Positions 1-9,470 of a stretch of 32,000 nt of DNA are shown in pieces. The notes under the pieces are model-generated. The model did no database searches and had not been told where the DNA came from. It worked only from the letters and a program-made list of their open reading frames with translations. Every line of letters begins with the position of its first letter. Position 1 is the stretch's first letter. The stretch lies in assembly GCF_001481685.1 (NCBI RefSeq), contig NZ_CP006867.1, positions 270,001-302,000 on the forward strand, read 5' to 3'. Source of the DNA: Ignicoccus islandicus DSM 13165 (GTDB lineage Archaea; Thermoproteota; Thermoprotei_A; Sulfolobales; Ignicoccaceae). A program made the translations under genes and the position numbers.

Positions 1-19
1 AACTTAGGGAAAGCTTGAG

Positions 20-107
20 TGGTGCGGGGGGTGGGATTTGAACCCACGCAGGCCTACGCCATCGGGTCCTCAGCCCGACCCCTTTGGCCAGGCTCGGGCA
101 CCCCCGC
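20..107 (-). tRNA. tRNA-Leu (anticodon GAG), class II with long variable arm, 3' CCA encoded
   Basis: The reverse complement reads GCGGGGG-UG-CCC..GGG-UCGGG-CUGAGGA-CCCGA-(variable arm GGC GUAG GCC)-GUGGG-UUCAAAU-CCCAC-CCCCCGC-A-CCA. It has a 7-bp acceptor stem, a 5-bp anticodon stem and a 7-nt loop with GAG at positions 34-36. The T-loop is the canonical GTTCAAATC and the discriminator is A. Confidence 0.85.
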
Positions 108-134
108 GATTTCCCGGGAGCTTCACGAAGTTTT

Positions 135-142
135 ATTTATAA
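135..142 (-). promoter_or_regulatory. TATA box candidate for the tRNA-Leu gene
   Basis: The minus strand reads TTATAAAT about 28-35 nt upstream of the tRNA 5' end at 107, which is typical archaeal TATA spacing. Confidence 0.5.
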
Positions 143-272
143 GTTTTTGCTTCCCTAGCTTCGACCCGACCGGACAACAGTCCATTCGATTTGAACGTTG
201 CTCACAGTAGAGGATATACGGATAGGTGAGGGATAATATAGGGTTCACCACTATAAAGGTAAGGTTGTAACA

Positions 273-1874
273 TTGAAATCAATCACAGTAATCTTACTGA
301 CTTTCATCTTAGCTAACGCGTTCGAGTTAAAATTAATGTGGAGTTTCGATGAACCTAGCGATCGAATAGAAGACATGGTCTTCTCCAGCAAAGGTAATCT
401 CGGTATAGCCTCTTGGGATAATTGTGCGTACGTTGTTGACCTTAATGGCCATCAACTAGGTAAGACATGTGGAACTTGGGATATGGATGGGGCTGGGTAT
501 TTTAATGGATTATTCGGTTTCGTTAATCTCGATAACTACGTGTATCTCATTAACAATAATGGTACTTTCTGGAAGAAGATATATGTAGGTGATTATCATC
601 ATACTGCTATCGCACTCTTGAATAACGGTTTCGTTGCGTGCGATAGTTATTGCGCAAGATTTAATCTCAATGGAGAAAAACTATGGGATACTTACGTAGG
701 CGCGTACGTTGAAGACGTGGCTATTCGTAAGGGTTACATATACGCAGCTAATAGTGGAAGCCAGAAACTTCAAGTAATCGATCTAAACACAGGTAAGGTA
801 GTTAGTGAAATAAAGTACGAAAGAAGACCGGGTAGTGTAAGCGTTTGCAATGACTACTTGGCAGTTATAGCGGGGGAACTATACTTTTACGATATCAGTG
901 ACCCAAGAAATCCGAAGTTGATTTGGAAGAGTACTGGACTAAACGTTGATGATAACGAACATTCTCCTGCCTTTTCTCCAAATTGTAAGTACGTTGCTGT
1001 GGCAGACAATTATTGGTTTATTACGTCTATCGGTAACAGTGAATTGAAGATATTTGACGTAAACGGTGATCTAATTTACTCAAAGTACTTGCCCGGAATT
1101 ACGTCCGTTGCGTGGTGGAACGATGTAATAGCTGTCGGCTACCTTAGCGGTAAGGTGGAATTATATCGCGTTATAAATTATACATCACCAATAGCTCGTT
1201 ATTCCGAAATAGAGAAGATGAATGGAGCGGGAACGCTCGTGATTCAAATAAAGCCCCTCTATGTCTACCAAGATGAGTTTTCTAAGGTACCAATAATAGG
1301 TAGGCTCTTAGTTGCCGGGCTCGTAAAGGCGCTTTACGGAAAACTGAGCTTAGATTCACTCTATGTTAGCGTAAAGGCTTATTTGGAAACGATCAACCTA
1401 GCTAAATCGTACTACATTCAAGCTGAGAAGTTCTTTAAGAATGGAGATTTCGTAAACTCCTTGGAAAAATTAAAAGTGGCCAAGGCACTATTACATACGA
1501 TTAATACCACCTACTCAAACTTAAAGGCTTCTTGGGAAAGAATCGAAACGCAGATGAGGTCCTTAGAGGAACGAATTGTTCCAGTTAGAGAAATACTCGT
1601 AAACGCTTGCGGAACCGATATAGGCGTGGACTGGAATAGTTCTATTGCAATCGAAAAGTTAAAGGAGTGTTCAACATCAATAGAAAAGATATTGAACCTA
1701 ATTGAAGCTCTTAAGCGATACAAGGGCTGGGAAGGTTTCTCGGCTTCATTGGTACTTAGAGACTTGACCGAGTTTGGAAATACAATTAAAGAGATGTACC
1801 CAAGAGTAGAAGATTTAAGCAATCGAATAATTGAACTGGAAACGAAGGCGAAATTGGTTTTAGAGAGTAATTGA
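273..1874 (+). CDS. secreted or membrane-anchored repeat protein (beta-propeller-like N-terminal part, coiled-coil C-terminal part), function unknown
   Basis: 533-aa ORF with a TTG start. The N-terminus is hydrophobic (KSITVILLTFILANAF). The first ~300 aa contain recurring G/W/D/Y-rich beta-strand-like repeats. The C-terminal ~200 aa are helical and heptad-like. Confidence 0.7.
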   Translation: MKSITVILLTFILANAFELKLMWSFDEPSDRIEDMVFSSKGNLGIASWDNCAYVVDLNGHQLGKTCGTWDMDGAGYFNGLFGFVNLDNYVYLINNNGTFWKKIYVGDYHHTAIALLNNGFVACDSYCARFNLNGEKLWDTYVGAYVEDVAIRKGYIYAANSGSQKLQVIDLNTGKVVSEIKYERRPGSVSVCNDYLAVIAGELYFYDISDPRNPKLIWKSTGLNVDDNEHSPAFSPNCKYVAVADNYWFITSIGNSELKIFDVNGDLIYSKYLPGITSVAWWNDVIAVGYLSGKVELYRVINYTSPIARYSEIEKMNGAGTLVIQIKPLYVYQDEFSKVPIIGRLLVAGLVKALYGKLSLDSLYVSVKAYLETINLAKSYYIQAEKFFKNGDFVNSLEKLKVAKALLHTINTTYSNLKASWERIETQMRSLEERIVPVREILVNACGTDIGVDWNSSIAIEKLKECSTSIEKILNLIEALKRYKGWEGFSASLVLRDLTEFGNTIKEMYPRVEDLSNRIIELETKAKLVLESN

Positions 1875-1890
1875 TTTTCAACGTTCTTTT

Positions 1891-3144
1891 TCATGTTTGG
1901 ATTAAATTCCTTTGGCGAAGCCATGGACTAACAATTATCGTTCCCTTTTCAATTAATTCGACCACCTTCCAAGAGATTTCCTCTTGCTTTAGCCACTGAC
2001 CCCAAGCCTTACCTTCACCTACCAACTTCGCTATTTCCTTCCTAACCCTTTGGGGTAAGGGAGCGGGCTTCTCGAAGGCAAAGGGGGTTCCGGGAAGGGG
2101 CATGAAGTAGTGTAAGTGAGCTCTAGCGCCCATGGATATCAGCTTCCTCATTCCTTCCAACGTCGCCATCATTTCCTCCTCGCTTTCGCCCGGGAGGCCC
2201 AAAATGAAGTCCACTTCCGGCGTGAAGCCGTGCTCAACGCTCAACTGAACGGCGTTAACTACGTCCTCCCAAGTATGGCCTCTGTTCAACCTCTTCAGTA
2301 CCTCATCGCTGGCGCTCTGGGCCCCTATTACTATTCTTTTATTCGAAACATACTTCCTCATTACCTTGAGAGCCTCTTCGTTCACGAACTCTGGCCTGAC
2401 TTCGCTGGGGAAGGAACCGAAGAAGACCCTTACCCCGGTGCTCTTTACGGCGCTCAAGAGCTCCTCTACTTTATCGAGTTCGAGCCTCCTTCCGTCTCCG
2501 CCATAGGAAAGGGAGTTGGGCGAAATGAACCTGAGGTCCTTCCCTCCCAATTCCCTCAACTTCTTCGAGTACTCCCTAACGTTCTCAACGCTTCTGTGCC
2601 TAACTATGGCCTTGAATATGAACGACGTTTGGCAGTACTTACAAGCGAACGGGCAACCCCTAGTTACTTCAATTGGACCGAAAGTTCCTCTCCAGTAAGG
2701 CCAAGGCGGGTAATCGTCCAGTTCAATTAACTTCCTCGGGCCCGTATAGCTTCCATCGCTCAAATATATTCCCTTAACCTCCTCCGGGTTTCCTTCCTGG
2801 AGGGCCTCGAGGAGCTCAGCTAGGCTCTCTTCCGCTTCCCCCTTAACCACGTAATCGAAGCCTAACTTCAAAGTTCCATAGGGATCCCCAGTGGCGTGAG
2901 GGCCTCCGGCTATTAGAGTCACCTTTCCCTTGAGGAGCCTTATTTTCATCGTAAGCTCGTCGTCTAATAGATGGGTGGTTAGGAGGGAAATTCCGAGAGC
3001 GACGTTCCCCTTGAGTTCGAGAACTTCTAACGGGTCCCTTACCCACCTTACCTTAATTCCCTTCTTCTCTAACGCGGCCGTAAGAGCGTAGACGCTGTAC
3101 TTAACTTCCCTCCTTAGTAGTAGAGCGAACGTTAACTCCTTCAA
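1891..3144 (-). CDS. B12-binding-domain radical SAM protein
   Basis: 417-aa ORF with the CxxxCxxC cluster motif (RGCPFACKYCQ). The N-terminal part is Rossmann-like (LIAGGPHATGDP), as in class B radical SAM enzymes. The TTG start is uncertain. Confidence 0.85.
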   Translation of the reverse strand: MKELTFALLLRREVKYSVYALTAALEKKGIKVRWVRDPLEVLELKGNVALGISLLTTHLLDDELTMKIRLLKGKVTLIAGGPHATGDPYGTLKLGFDYVVKGEAEESLAELLEALQEGNPEEVKGIYLSDGSYTGPRKLIELDDYPPWPYWRGTFGPIEVTRGCPFACKYCQTSFIFKAIVRHRSVENVREYSKKLRELGGKDLRFISPNSLSYGGDGRRLELDKVEELLSAVKSTGVRVFFGSFPSEVRPEFVNEEALKVMRKYVSNKRIVIGAQSASDEVLKRLNRGHTWEDVVNAVQLSVEHGFTPEVDFILGLPGESEEEMMATLEGMRKLISMGARAHLHYFMPLPGTPFAFEKPAPLPQRVRKEIAKLVGEGKAWGQWLKQEEISWKVVELIEKGTIIVSPWLRQRNLIQT

Positions 3145-3532
3145 TTCCAGTCTCCTCCATAATTCTCTTATATATCAGTTTGAGTACCTCGTCCCTTTGC
3201 GATTGCCTCTTGGCTATTTCCGAAACCCTACGGGCCCTCCAGTTGGCCTCCTTCTTCAGTAATTCGTTTAACACCTCGTTCAGTTTAAGGTCTTCTTCTC
3301 TAATACCTAATAAGTTCCATATTCCCTTGTTCAGTTTATAGTACAATTTGCCCAACTTCCTCGCTAGGGCAACCACGGTGTCCTCGTCAGCTACGTTCAA
3401 GAAGAGTAGCAAGGCCAATATTAATATCGGCAGCTCACCCGTCTCCGCTAAGAATATCATTAAAACCAAGCCCAGTAGCGCTCCGAGCACGTTCAAATGA
3501 AGTTCCCAATGCCCTTTCGCGGGGACGAACAA
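3101..3532 (-). CDS. small membrane protein with helical C-terminal tail, function unknown
   Basis: 143-aa ORF beginning 6 nt after the MoxR stop on the same strand. It has two hydrophobic segments (LGALLGLVLMIFLA, LPILILALLLFL) followed by a charged helical region. It overlaps the annotated radical SAM start by 44 nt. Confidence 0.5.
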   Translation of the reverse strand: MFVPAKGHWELHLNVLGALLGLVLMIFLAETGELPILILALLLFLNVADEDTVVALARKLGKLYYKLNKGIWNLLGIREEDLKLNEVLNELLKKEANWRARRVSEIAKRQSQRDEVLKLIYKRIMEETGIEGVNVRSTTKEGS

Positions 3533-3538
3533 AAAGCT

Positions 3539-4486
3539 TTAAGCGGGTGGCTCCACTTCCTCCAATATCTCCCTAACAACCTTCTCAGCAGTATCTCTAG
3601 CCAAGAAAAGCCTGTCTCCGGCCGCCTCAACGACTAATCTATGGACCAACACCATTGGAGCTACCTCTTTAACGTCATCTGTAATCACCACTTCCCTGTC
3701 CTCTATCGATGCCTTCGCCTTAGCTGCCCTAACTAAGTGTATAGCCGCCCTAGTAGTGGCCCCCAGTAACACTTCCGGTCTCTCTCTAGTGGCCCTTACC
3801 AAGTCAACGGCGTACTCAGCGACCTTCCTAGGAACTTCGACAGCTTGAGCTTCCTCTATTGCTTGCAAGACTGTCTCTTTATCTAACGACTTCTCCGCCT
3901 TAGGTTCAATAGCCTTCCTCATCGCATCGAGCATTACGGCCTCTATTTCTACCTCCCTCGGAGGGAACCTCAAGTCAACGCTAACGGTAAACCTGTCCTT
4001 AGCCACCTCCGGGAGCTGATACGTTCCGACCATCTCGACTGGGTTCATAGTAGCTATCACGAAGAAGGGCTTCGGGAGCTCGTACGTTTCGCCCTCTATC
4101 GTTACTTGCCCCTCTTGCATAGCTTCTATTAGAGCCGACTGGGTCCTCGGGGAAGCTCTATTTATTTCGTCCACCAACAAAACGTTCGTGAAAATGGGGC
4201 CTAATATCGTTCTGAATTGACCGCTCTTCGGGTCGAACACCTTTCCGCCTATTAAGTCCATCGGTAACGTGTCCGGGGTCATTTGGACTCTCTTGAATTC
4301 CAGTCCTAGGGTTTGGGCGAACAGCTTAGCTAACGTGGTCTTGGCCGTTCCCGGAACCCCCTCTAAGAGTACGTGACCTCTGGAAAGCATTGCTATGGTC
4401 AACGCCTTAACTGGTCTTTCCATGCCGGATAGGTGTTTGCTTATTTCGCTCAAGACAGTCTCGTAAAAGAGCTTGGGTTTCCTCAT
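3539..4486 (-). CDS. MoxR-family AAA+ ATPase
   Basis: Walker A is GVPGTAKT and Walker B is LLVDEINRA. The 315-aa length and the ATMNP motif are typical of the MoxR/AAA_3 family. Confidence 0.9.
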   Translation of the reverse strand: MRKPKLFYETVLSEISKHLSGMERPVKALTIAMLSRGHVLLEGVPGTAKTTLAKLFAQTLGLEFKRVQMTPDTLPMDLIGGKVFDPKSGQFRTILGPIFTNVLLVDEINRASPRTQSALIEAMQEGQVTIEGETYELPKPFFVIATMNPVEMVGTYQLPEVAKDRFTVSVDLRFPPREVEIEAVMLDAMRKAIEPKAEKSLDKETVLQAIEEAQAVEVPRKVAEYAVDLVRATRERPEVLLGATTRAAIHLVRAAKAKASIEDREVVITDDVKEVAPMVLVHRLVVEAAGDRLFLARDTAEKVVREILEEVEPPA

Positions 4487-4537
4487 ATAATTTCGACCCG
4501 AAGAATTTCAGGAGATAGGAGCGGAAAAACGGGGGTC

Positions 4538-5581
4538 TTACCTCAAGAGCTCTTCGAGTTGGGCTACTACCTTCTGCCTTAACGCCTTTCCTAGGGGCGC
4601 GTAGCCCATCTTGGTTACTTGAGATTGCAGCTGATCGCTTAGTAGATATTCAGCGAACTTAACCAAGCTCTTGAGCTTCGGGCTGTCCTTGTAGAATATC
4701 ATGTAGGGAACTCCAACTATCGGGTAGGAGTTCTTGCCGGGCGCTAGTATTAGGGAGTGAGCGAACTCATAGGGCGCGTGAAGCGGGCAAGCCCAGTACT
4801 TCATTGCGCCTTCCGTCGCTGCGCTTATGGTCTCCGCAGTAGGCTCAACGAAGTATCCTTCCGCGTTCTTCAATGCTGCAGTGGGCAACTTTGCTTGCCA
4901 AGCGTAGGCTAGCTCTACGTAGCCTATGCTGTAGGGAGTCTTAGATACTGTAGCGGCAACTCCTTGGTTCTTGGGAGCGCCTATACCTCTCCCCATCTCG
5001 TCTACAGGCCACTTCACTACTAGTCCGCTTCCTACCTTTTGAGACCATTCGCTGGAGCTCTTGGATAAGTAGGTGGTAAAGATGGCGGTAGTTCCAGAAG
5101 CGTCAGATCTGTGAACTGCGATTATGGGCTTGTGAGGTAATCTGGAGGCCACTGCAGGGTCTTGGAGGGCCTTTATTCTGGGGTCGTCCCAGTACTTTAT
5201 CTCGCCCATGTATATCTTAGCTATAGTCTCTCCATCGAGCTTTAGCTTCATTCCGTTTAACTCGGGTACGTTATAAACGACGACGACTCCTCCGGCTACT
5301 AATGGGACGTGAATTACTTGCTTACCTTGGTATAATAACGGACAGTACTTCGCTGGCGGAATGGGAACGTCGCTCGCAGCGAAGTCCGTGAGGCCGTTTA
5401 TTAGGTTGGAAATTCCGGCACCGGATCCAGTCGCCTGGTATTGGACGTTAGCTTGGGTGTAGTAGTAAGCTGCAGTAGCTAGGAACGGGTATACGAAGCT
5501 CGAACCAGTTCCATACAAGTTAACGGCTAGAGTTGGAAAAATTAAGGCGAGCATGCTTACCATTGCGATTTTCTTATTCAT
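4538..5581 (-). CDS. pstS: phosphate ABC transporter substrate-binding protein PstS
   Basis: N-terminal signal/anchor followed by the PstS-type motifs GTGSSFVYPF, ATGSGAGI and RSDASGTT. Length is 347 aa. Confidence 0.85.
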   Translation of the reverse strand: MNKKIAMVSMLALIFPTLAVNLYGTGSSFVYPFLATAAYYYTQANVQYQATGSGAGISNLINGLTDFAASDVPIPPAKYCPLLYQGKQVIHVPLVAGGVVVVYNVPELNGMKLKLDGETIAKIYMGEIKYWDDPRIKALQDPAVASRLPHKPIIAVHRSDASGTTAIFTTYLSKSSSEWSQKVGSGLVVKWPVDEMGRGIGAPKNQGVAATVSKTPYSIGYVELAYAWQAKLPTAALKNAEGYFVEPTAETISAATEGAMKYWACPLHAPYEFAHSLILAPGKNSYPIVGVPYMIFYKDSPKLKSLVKFAEYLLSDQLQSQVTKMGYAPLGKALRQKVVAQLEELLR

Positions 5582-5768
5582 ACCGGGTTTCCTCGTGTAA
5601 GAAGTAGGATTTAGTAATTAAATTCGTTTCCGAAAAAGAGCTTATAACCGCGCTAGGTATGGTAGACTAGGTACTCAAAGAAATTACCTCCATTTGGGAG
5701 TCACTAGCTTTTGCTTCTCAAGGGGTACCTATTAATCGTTTCCAGAGGAACGCGAGAGGTGTGAGTAG

Positions 5769-7049
5769 GTGAAGTGCTCCGAAGTTGGAGTAACTTGTTT
5801 GGATGACCCGGAACTCTTGAAGGCTTACGTTAGCGATGCGTCTCCGCTTAGGGGCGAAGTACCTAAAGCCGCGTTCTTTCCAATCGATGCGACCGAAGTA
5901 GCTAAGGTTCTTAAATGGGCTAATAAGGAGAAGATTGCCGTTTACCCCTTTGCCGGAGGAACCAGCCTAGTTGGCTCCCCCCTTCCCTCCGAAGGGGTTG
6001 TAATGGACCTAATCCTAATGGATTACTTGGAAGTGTTCCCGAAGGATAAGCTAGCCTTGGTGGGAAGCGGATGGAAGCCATCAGAGCTCAATTCAGAACT
6101 TAGGGAATACGGTCTATGGTTTCCAATAGACCCGGGCAGTTACGATATAGCGACCATTGGTGGTATGATAGCAACTAACGCCGGTGGAATAAGGGCAGTG
6201 AAATACGGCGTTACGGCAGATAGAGTAAGGGCTTTGGAATTCGTTACGCCTACTGGCGAAATAGTTTGGAGCGGGGCTTGGAGCAAGAAGAGCAGTACTT
6301 GGATACGGCTTCACCAACTTCTAGTAGGCTCCGAGGGACAGTTCGGAGTAGTTACGAAGGCCCTTCTGGAATTGGAACGACTTCCCGAGAAAGCGGAGGT
6401 TCTGATGATCGAAACGAATCTAGAGGAGGTAGGAGACTTAGTCTTGAAACTCATGGAATTCGAACCGTCGGCAGTGGAGTTCATGGACGAAACCACTGTT
6501 GAGGCAGTGAACCACCATCCATCGGCCCCGTTCAAGCTCGAAGGAAACTCTATTTTACTCGTGGAATTCGATGATGAGAGGGCTTCGGAGAAGGCAGAGT
6601 CTATAGAAATGGAACTGAACGCTACCAGGGGCGAACCGGAGAAGCTCTGGAAGTACCGGAAGCTAGCTGGACAAGCTTTAACTTACAAATACGGCAAGAG
6701 GGCCGATTGGGACGTAGCAGTTCCGCTCAGCGAGCTCTCACCCGCTTTGAAGTTCGTTAAGGATAGGTTGGAAGAGGGGGCCGTTTTCGGACACTTCGGC
6801 GATGGGAACATGCACATCAATTACCTAGGCAAGTCCGTAGAGGAGGTTATTGAGGATGCGAAGGAATTGGTGTGTGAAATGGTGAAGAGGTTCAAGGCAA
6901 CTGTGAGCGGAGAGCACGGAATAGGTCTCTTAAAGCTACCTATGCTCAAATGCGAGGTTTCGGATGAAGCGATAGAGGTATGGAGGAAGCTTAAGTTAGC
7001 CTTGGATCCCAACTTAATACTGAATCCCGGTAAGAAGATACCCCTTTAG
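5769..7049 (+). CDS. FAD-linked oxidase (GlcD / D-lactate dehydrogenase family)
   Basis: A PCMH-type FAD-binding N-terminus (VYPFAGGTSLVG, ATNAGG) and a C-terminal GEHGIG motif are typical of the GlcD/Dld family. GTG start. Confidence 0.85.
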   Translation: MKCSEVGVTCLDDPELLKAYVSDASPLRGEVPKAAFFPIDATEVAKVLKWANKEKIAVYPFAGGTSLVGSPLPSEGVVMDLILMDYLEVFPKDKLALVGSGWKPSELNSELREYGLWFPIDPGSYDIATIGGMIATNAGGIRAVKYGVTADRVRALEFVTPTGEIVWSGAWSKKSSTWIRLHQLLVGSEGQFGVVTKALLELERLPEKAEVLMIETNLEEVGDLVLKLMEFEPSAVEFMDETTVEAVNHHPSAPFKLEGNSILLVEFDDERASEKAESIEMELNATRGEPEKLWKYRKLAGQALTYKYGKRADWDVAVPLSELSPALKFVKDRLEEGAVFGHFGDGNMHINYLGKSVEEVIEDAKELVCEMVKRFKATVSGEHGIGLLKLPMLKCEVSDEAIEVWRKLKLALDPNLILNPGKKIPL

Positions 7050-7705
7050 AGCTCTATCAAGAACTTGGATAACAGTAAGGCAAGTATCGTAAACGAGAAC
7101 GATGGTAAGAAGAACCCGTATCCGGGACTCCCAACTATGCATTCCACTGCAGTTGAAACCGTACTGAAGAGGTAAGGTGCGGAGAGGGCAGCTATTGATA
7201 CCGAAGCTAATAGCGTTCCAACGTCAGTGTAAATGATCATGAAGGAGACTAGGGCGCCCAATGAAGACATGTACATAGATAGTGCGAGTAAGTACATTAA
7301 GTAATCGAAAGTGATGAACAACTGGGAACTTAGGAAGGAAGCTATCGAAGCGTATGCTATGTTTAGAGATATTGTGAATAGGAAAATGACTACGGTCTTC
7401 GCCAAGAACATCACTTCCGGTGCAATTGGAGCCATCCTTAACGCGTAAAGCGTCCCCTTTTCGGCCTCTCTTATAACCATTAGAAAGCCTAGGAGGGTCG
7501 AAATAAGTATTGAAAGACCTATCTGACCAATAACTACTAAGTTGGCTGCCTCTACTTGAGTTAGAACTGTAGTTCCTGGTCCAGAGATCAAGTAAGATAA
7601 AGGTAATGAAAAAGCAGCTGAGAGTGAGAACAAGGCTAGTATTTCGTGGGGTCTCCTCGCCTCCTCTTTAACGTCCTTCGATACCAGCGTCGCTAACTGT
7701 ATCAA
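7046..7705 (-). CDS. ccmB: CcmB-like heme exporter permease (ABC-2 type, System I cytochrome c maturation)
   Basis: 219-aa polytopic membrane protein with about 6 hydrophobic segments. The motif REAEKGTLYALRMAPI resembles the conserved CcmB DGS/TLE..L...P loop. It lies directly downstream of ccmE. Confidence 0.6.
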   Translation of the reverse strand: MIQLATLVSKDVKEEARRPHEILALFSLSAAFSLPLSYLISGPGTTVLTQVEAANLVVIGQIGLSILISTLLGFLMVIREAEKGTLYALRMAPIAPEVMFLAKTVVIFLFTISLNIAYASIASFLSSQLFITFDYLMYLLALSMYMSSLGALVSFMIIYTDVGTLLASVSIAALSAPYLFSTVSTAVECIVGSPGYGFFLPSFSFTILALLLSKFLIEL

Positions 7706-7719
7706 GGGCGTGCTTCCCT

Positions 7720-8115
7720 TTAGGTGCTAACCGTGGGTTGTTGATATGCGCTGTGACATCCCTTGAGGATATCGCTAATTCTGAGCACGTTTCCGTCCCA
7801 GTAGCCCTTCACTACCATTTCTCCCTTGGTAATTACGACTTGGTTCAAGGGACCGTACTTTTTCTCTATGTAGCTAACAGGAACTCTCGCCGTTATTTTA
7901 TCTCCCTTCTTGCCTTCTAGGATTAAGACCAGATCGCTCCCTTGAACGGTCCATCTAACTACGTCACCCCTAACCATGTATACTCCGGGCTTCTTGTGTA
8001 TTAGGTCGCTAACGTCTACGTAAGATGAACTAGAAGTGGCGTATATCCCTATAGCGCCGAACAACGCGAACAGCGAAACGGAAAGTAATAGGAACCTCTT
8101 GTTGTCCTTCTTCAA
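7720..8115 (-). CDS. ccmE: cytochrome c maturation heme chaperone CcmE, archaeal variant with CXXXY motif
   Basis: 131 aa with an N-terminal anchor (FLLLSVSLFALFGAIGIYA). The OB-like core is VRGDVV...LILEG...VKGYW. The C-terminal ILKGCHSAYQQP is positioned like E. coli LAKHDENYTPP, with Cys replacing the heme-binding His. Confidence 0.8.
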   Translation of the reverse strand: MKKDNKRFLLLSVSLFALFGAIGIYATSSSSYVDVSDLIHKKPGVYMVRGDVVRWTVQGSDLVLILEGKKGDKITARVPVSYIEKKYGPLNQVVITKGEMVVKGYWDGNVLRISDILKGCHSAYQQPTVST

Positions 8116-8162
8116 CTGCCGAACCCTAAGGATACGTAACGCATCGCTCCGTAAAACTTTAA

Positions 8163-8921
8163 CTAGTCTAATCGAACTGGAACTCCCCTTTCTCTAAGGT
8201 ATTCCTTAACCTCTCTTACCCTATACTTACCGTAATGGAATATAGACGCTGCTAAGGCAGCGTCCGCTTCGCCTTTCGTGAGGACTTCGTAGATGTGTTC
8301 CGGACTTCCGGCGCCTCCAGAGGCTATAACTGGTATTCCAACGCTTTCGCTAACTTTCCTCGTGAGTTCTATATCATATCCCATTTGGGTGCCGTCGTAA
8401 TCGATGGAAGTAAGCAAAATTTCCCCTGCCCCAAGTTCTTCAACCCTCTTAGCCCACTCGATAGCATCGAGGCCAGTTGGGACCTTTCCAGCGCTAACGT
8501 ATACTTCCCAGCTACTTCCCTTCCTCTTTGCGTCTATTGCTACTACAACGGCCTGCGATCCGAACTCGGACGCTGCTATTGTGATCAGTTCGGGATTCTT
8601 AACAGCTGCTGTATTGACGCTTACCTTATCGGCACCGGAAGACAAGAGCTTCGCGAAGTGGCTTAGGGACCTGACTCCTCCCCCTACGGTTAGCGGTATA
8701 GTGAGGACCGAAGCAGTATCCCTCACGACCTTAACCATCGTCTCCCTTCCCTCGGGCGTGGCAGATATGTCTAGGAAGACTACCTCGTCAGCCCCCTCTT
8801 CCTCGTACCTCGCGGCGAGTTCAACGGGGTCTCCGGCGTCCCTTAAGTTCTCGAAGTTTACCCCCTTAACGACTCTTCCGTCCTTTACGTCCAAGCACGG
8901 AATGATTCTTTTCTTGAGCAT
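8163..8921 (-). CDS. hisF: imidazole glycerol phosphate synthase cyclase subunit HisF
   Basis: The N-terminus [20 protein letters not shown] is the HisF signature. The protein is 252 aa with a TIM-barrel pattern and the ASGGAG motif. Confidence 0.95.
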   Translation of the reverse strand: MLKKRIIPCLDVKDGRVVKGVNFENLRDAGDPVELAARYEEEGADEVVFLDISATPEGRETMVKVVRDTASVLTIPLTVGGGVRSLSHFAKLLSSGADKVSVNTAAVKNPELITIAASEFGSQAVVVAIDAKRKGSSWEVYVSAGKVPTGLDAIEWAKRVEELGAGEILLTSIDYDGTQMGYDIELTRKVSESVGIPVIASGGAGSPEHIYEVLTKGEADAALAASIFHYGKYRVREVKEYLRERGVPVRLD

Positions 8922-9026
8922 CTTTGCACCTAAGTTGTTGAATCGCTTAGATAGGTTTGAAGGTTTCGTCTCCTAAGAAGCCACAAATAATAACCCTTCT
9001 AATGGGCTTCCCTCTGGGATGCGGAG

Positions 9027-9467
9027 ATGGTAGTCCGTAGAAGGAAGAAGAGCAGGAAGTTGAGGGGAAGGAGCAGGACCATGGGTTGGGGTCAAATAGG
9101 CCAGCACAGGAAGAACGGTGCTAGAGGAGGATTCGGTAACGCCGGAATGCACAAACACATGTGGACGTGGGTAACTGCTAAGAGTCCCGGCTACTTCGGT
9201 AAGTTCGGTTTCAAGCTCCCTCCGGAAGCTAAAGTGGAGTTCGTTGAGATCAACGTTGACGCATTGGACGACCTAGCTAGGAAACTGAACACAACCACTT
9301 TGGACTTAGCTGCGATGGGTTACAATAAGCTCTTGGGAAGAGGAAAGGTCAAAGGCGCGTATACAGTAATAGTAGCCAATGCCTCCCCTAGCGCTATCAA
9401 GAAGGTCGTGGAGGCCGGTGGTAAGGTAATTACTCCAGATGGCGAGGAACTTAAGGTAGAGGAGTAA
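9027..9467 (+). CDS. rpl15: 50S ribosomal protein uL15
   Basis: Basic N-terminus RRRKKSRKLRGRSRTMGWGQIGQHRKNGARGGFGNAGMHKH, 146 aa, typical archaeal uL15. Confidence 0.9.
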   Translation: MVVRRRKKSRKLRGRSRTMGWGQIGQHRKNGARGGFGNAGMHKHMWTWVTAKSPGYFGKFGFKLPPEAKVEFVEINVDALDDLARKLNTTTLDLAAMGYNKLLGRGKVKGAYTVIVANASPSAIKKVVEAGGKVITPDGEELKVEE

Positions 9468-9470
9468 GGC

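Noticed and set aside
19-210. 63-aa + strand ORF at the left edge
   Set aside because: It lies across the minus-strand tRNA-Leu gene and its promoter. The G/P/S-rich translation is what a GC-rich tRNA sequence produces when read as protein.
2116-2730. 204-aa + strand ORF, plus the 2516-2698 and 2843-3046 ORFs
   Set aside because: They lie entirely antisense to, or out of frame within, the radical SAM gene, whose CxxxCxxC motif validates the minus-strand frame. Their composition is low-complexity and motif-free.
8295-8976. 123-aa and 190-aa + strand ORFs opposite hisF
   Set aside because: They are antisense shadows of a very confidently identified hisF. The S/T/A-rich translations have no motifs.
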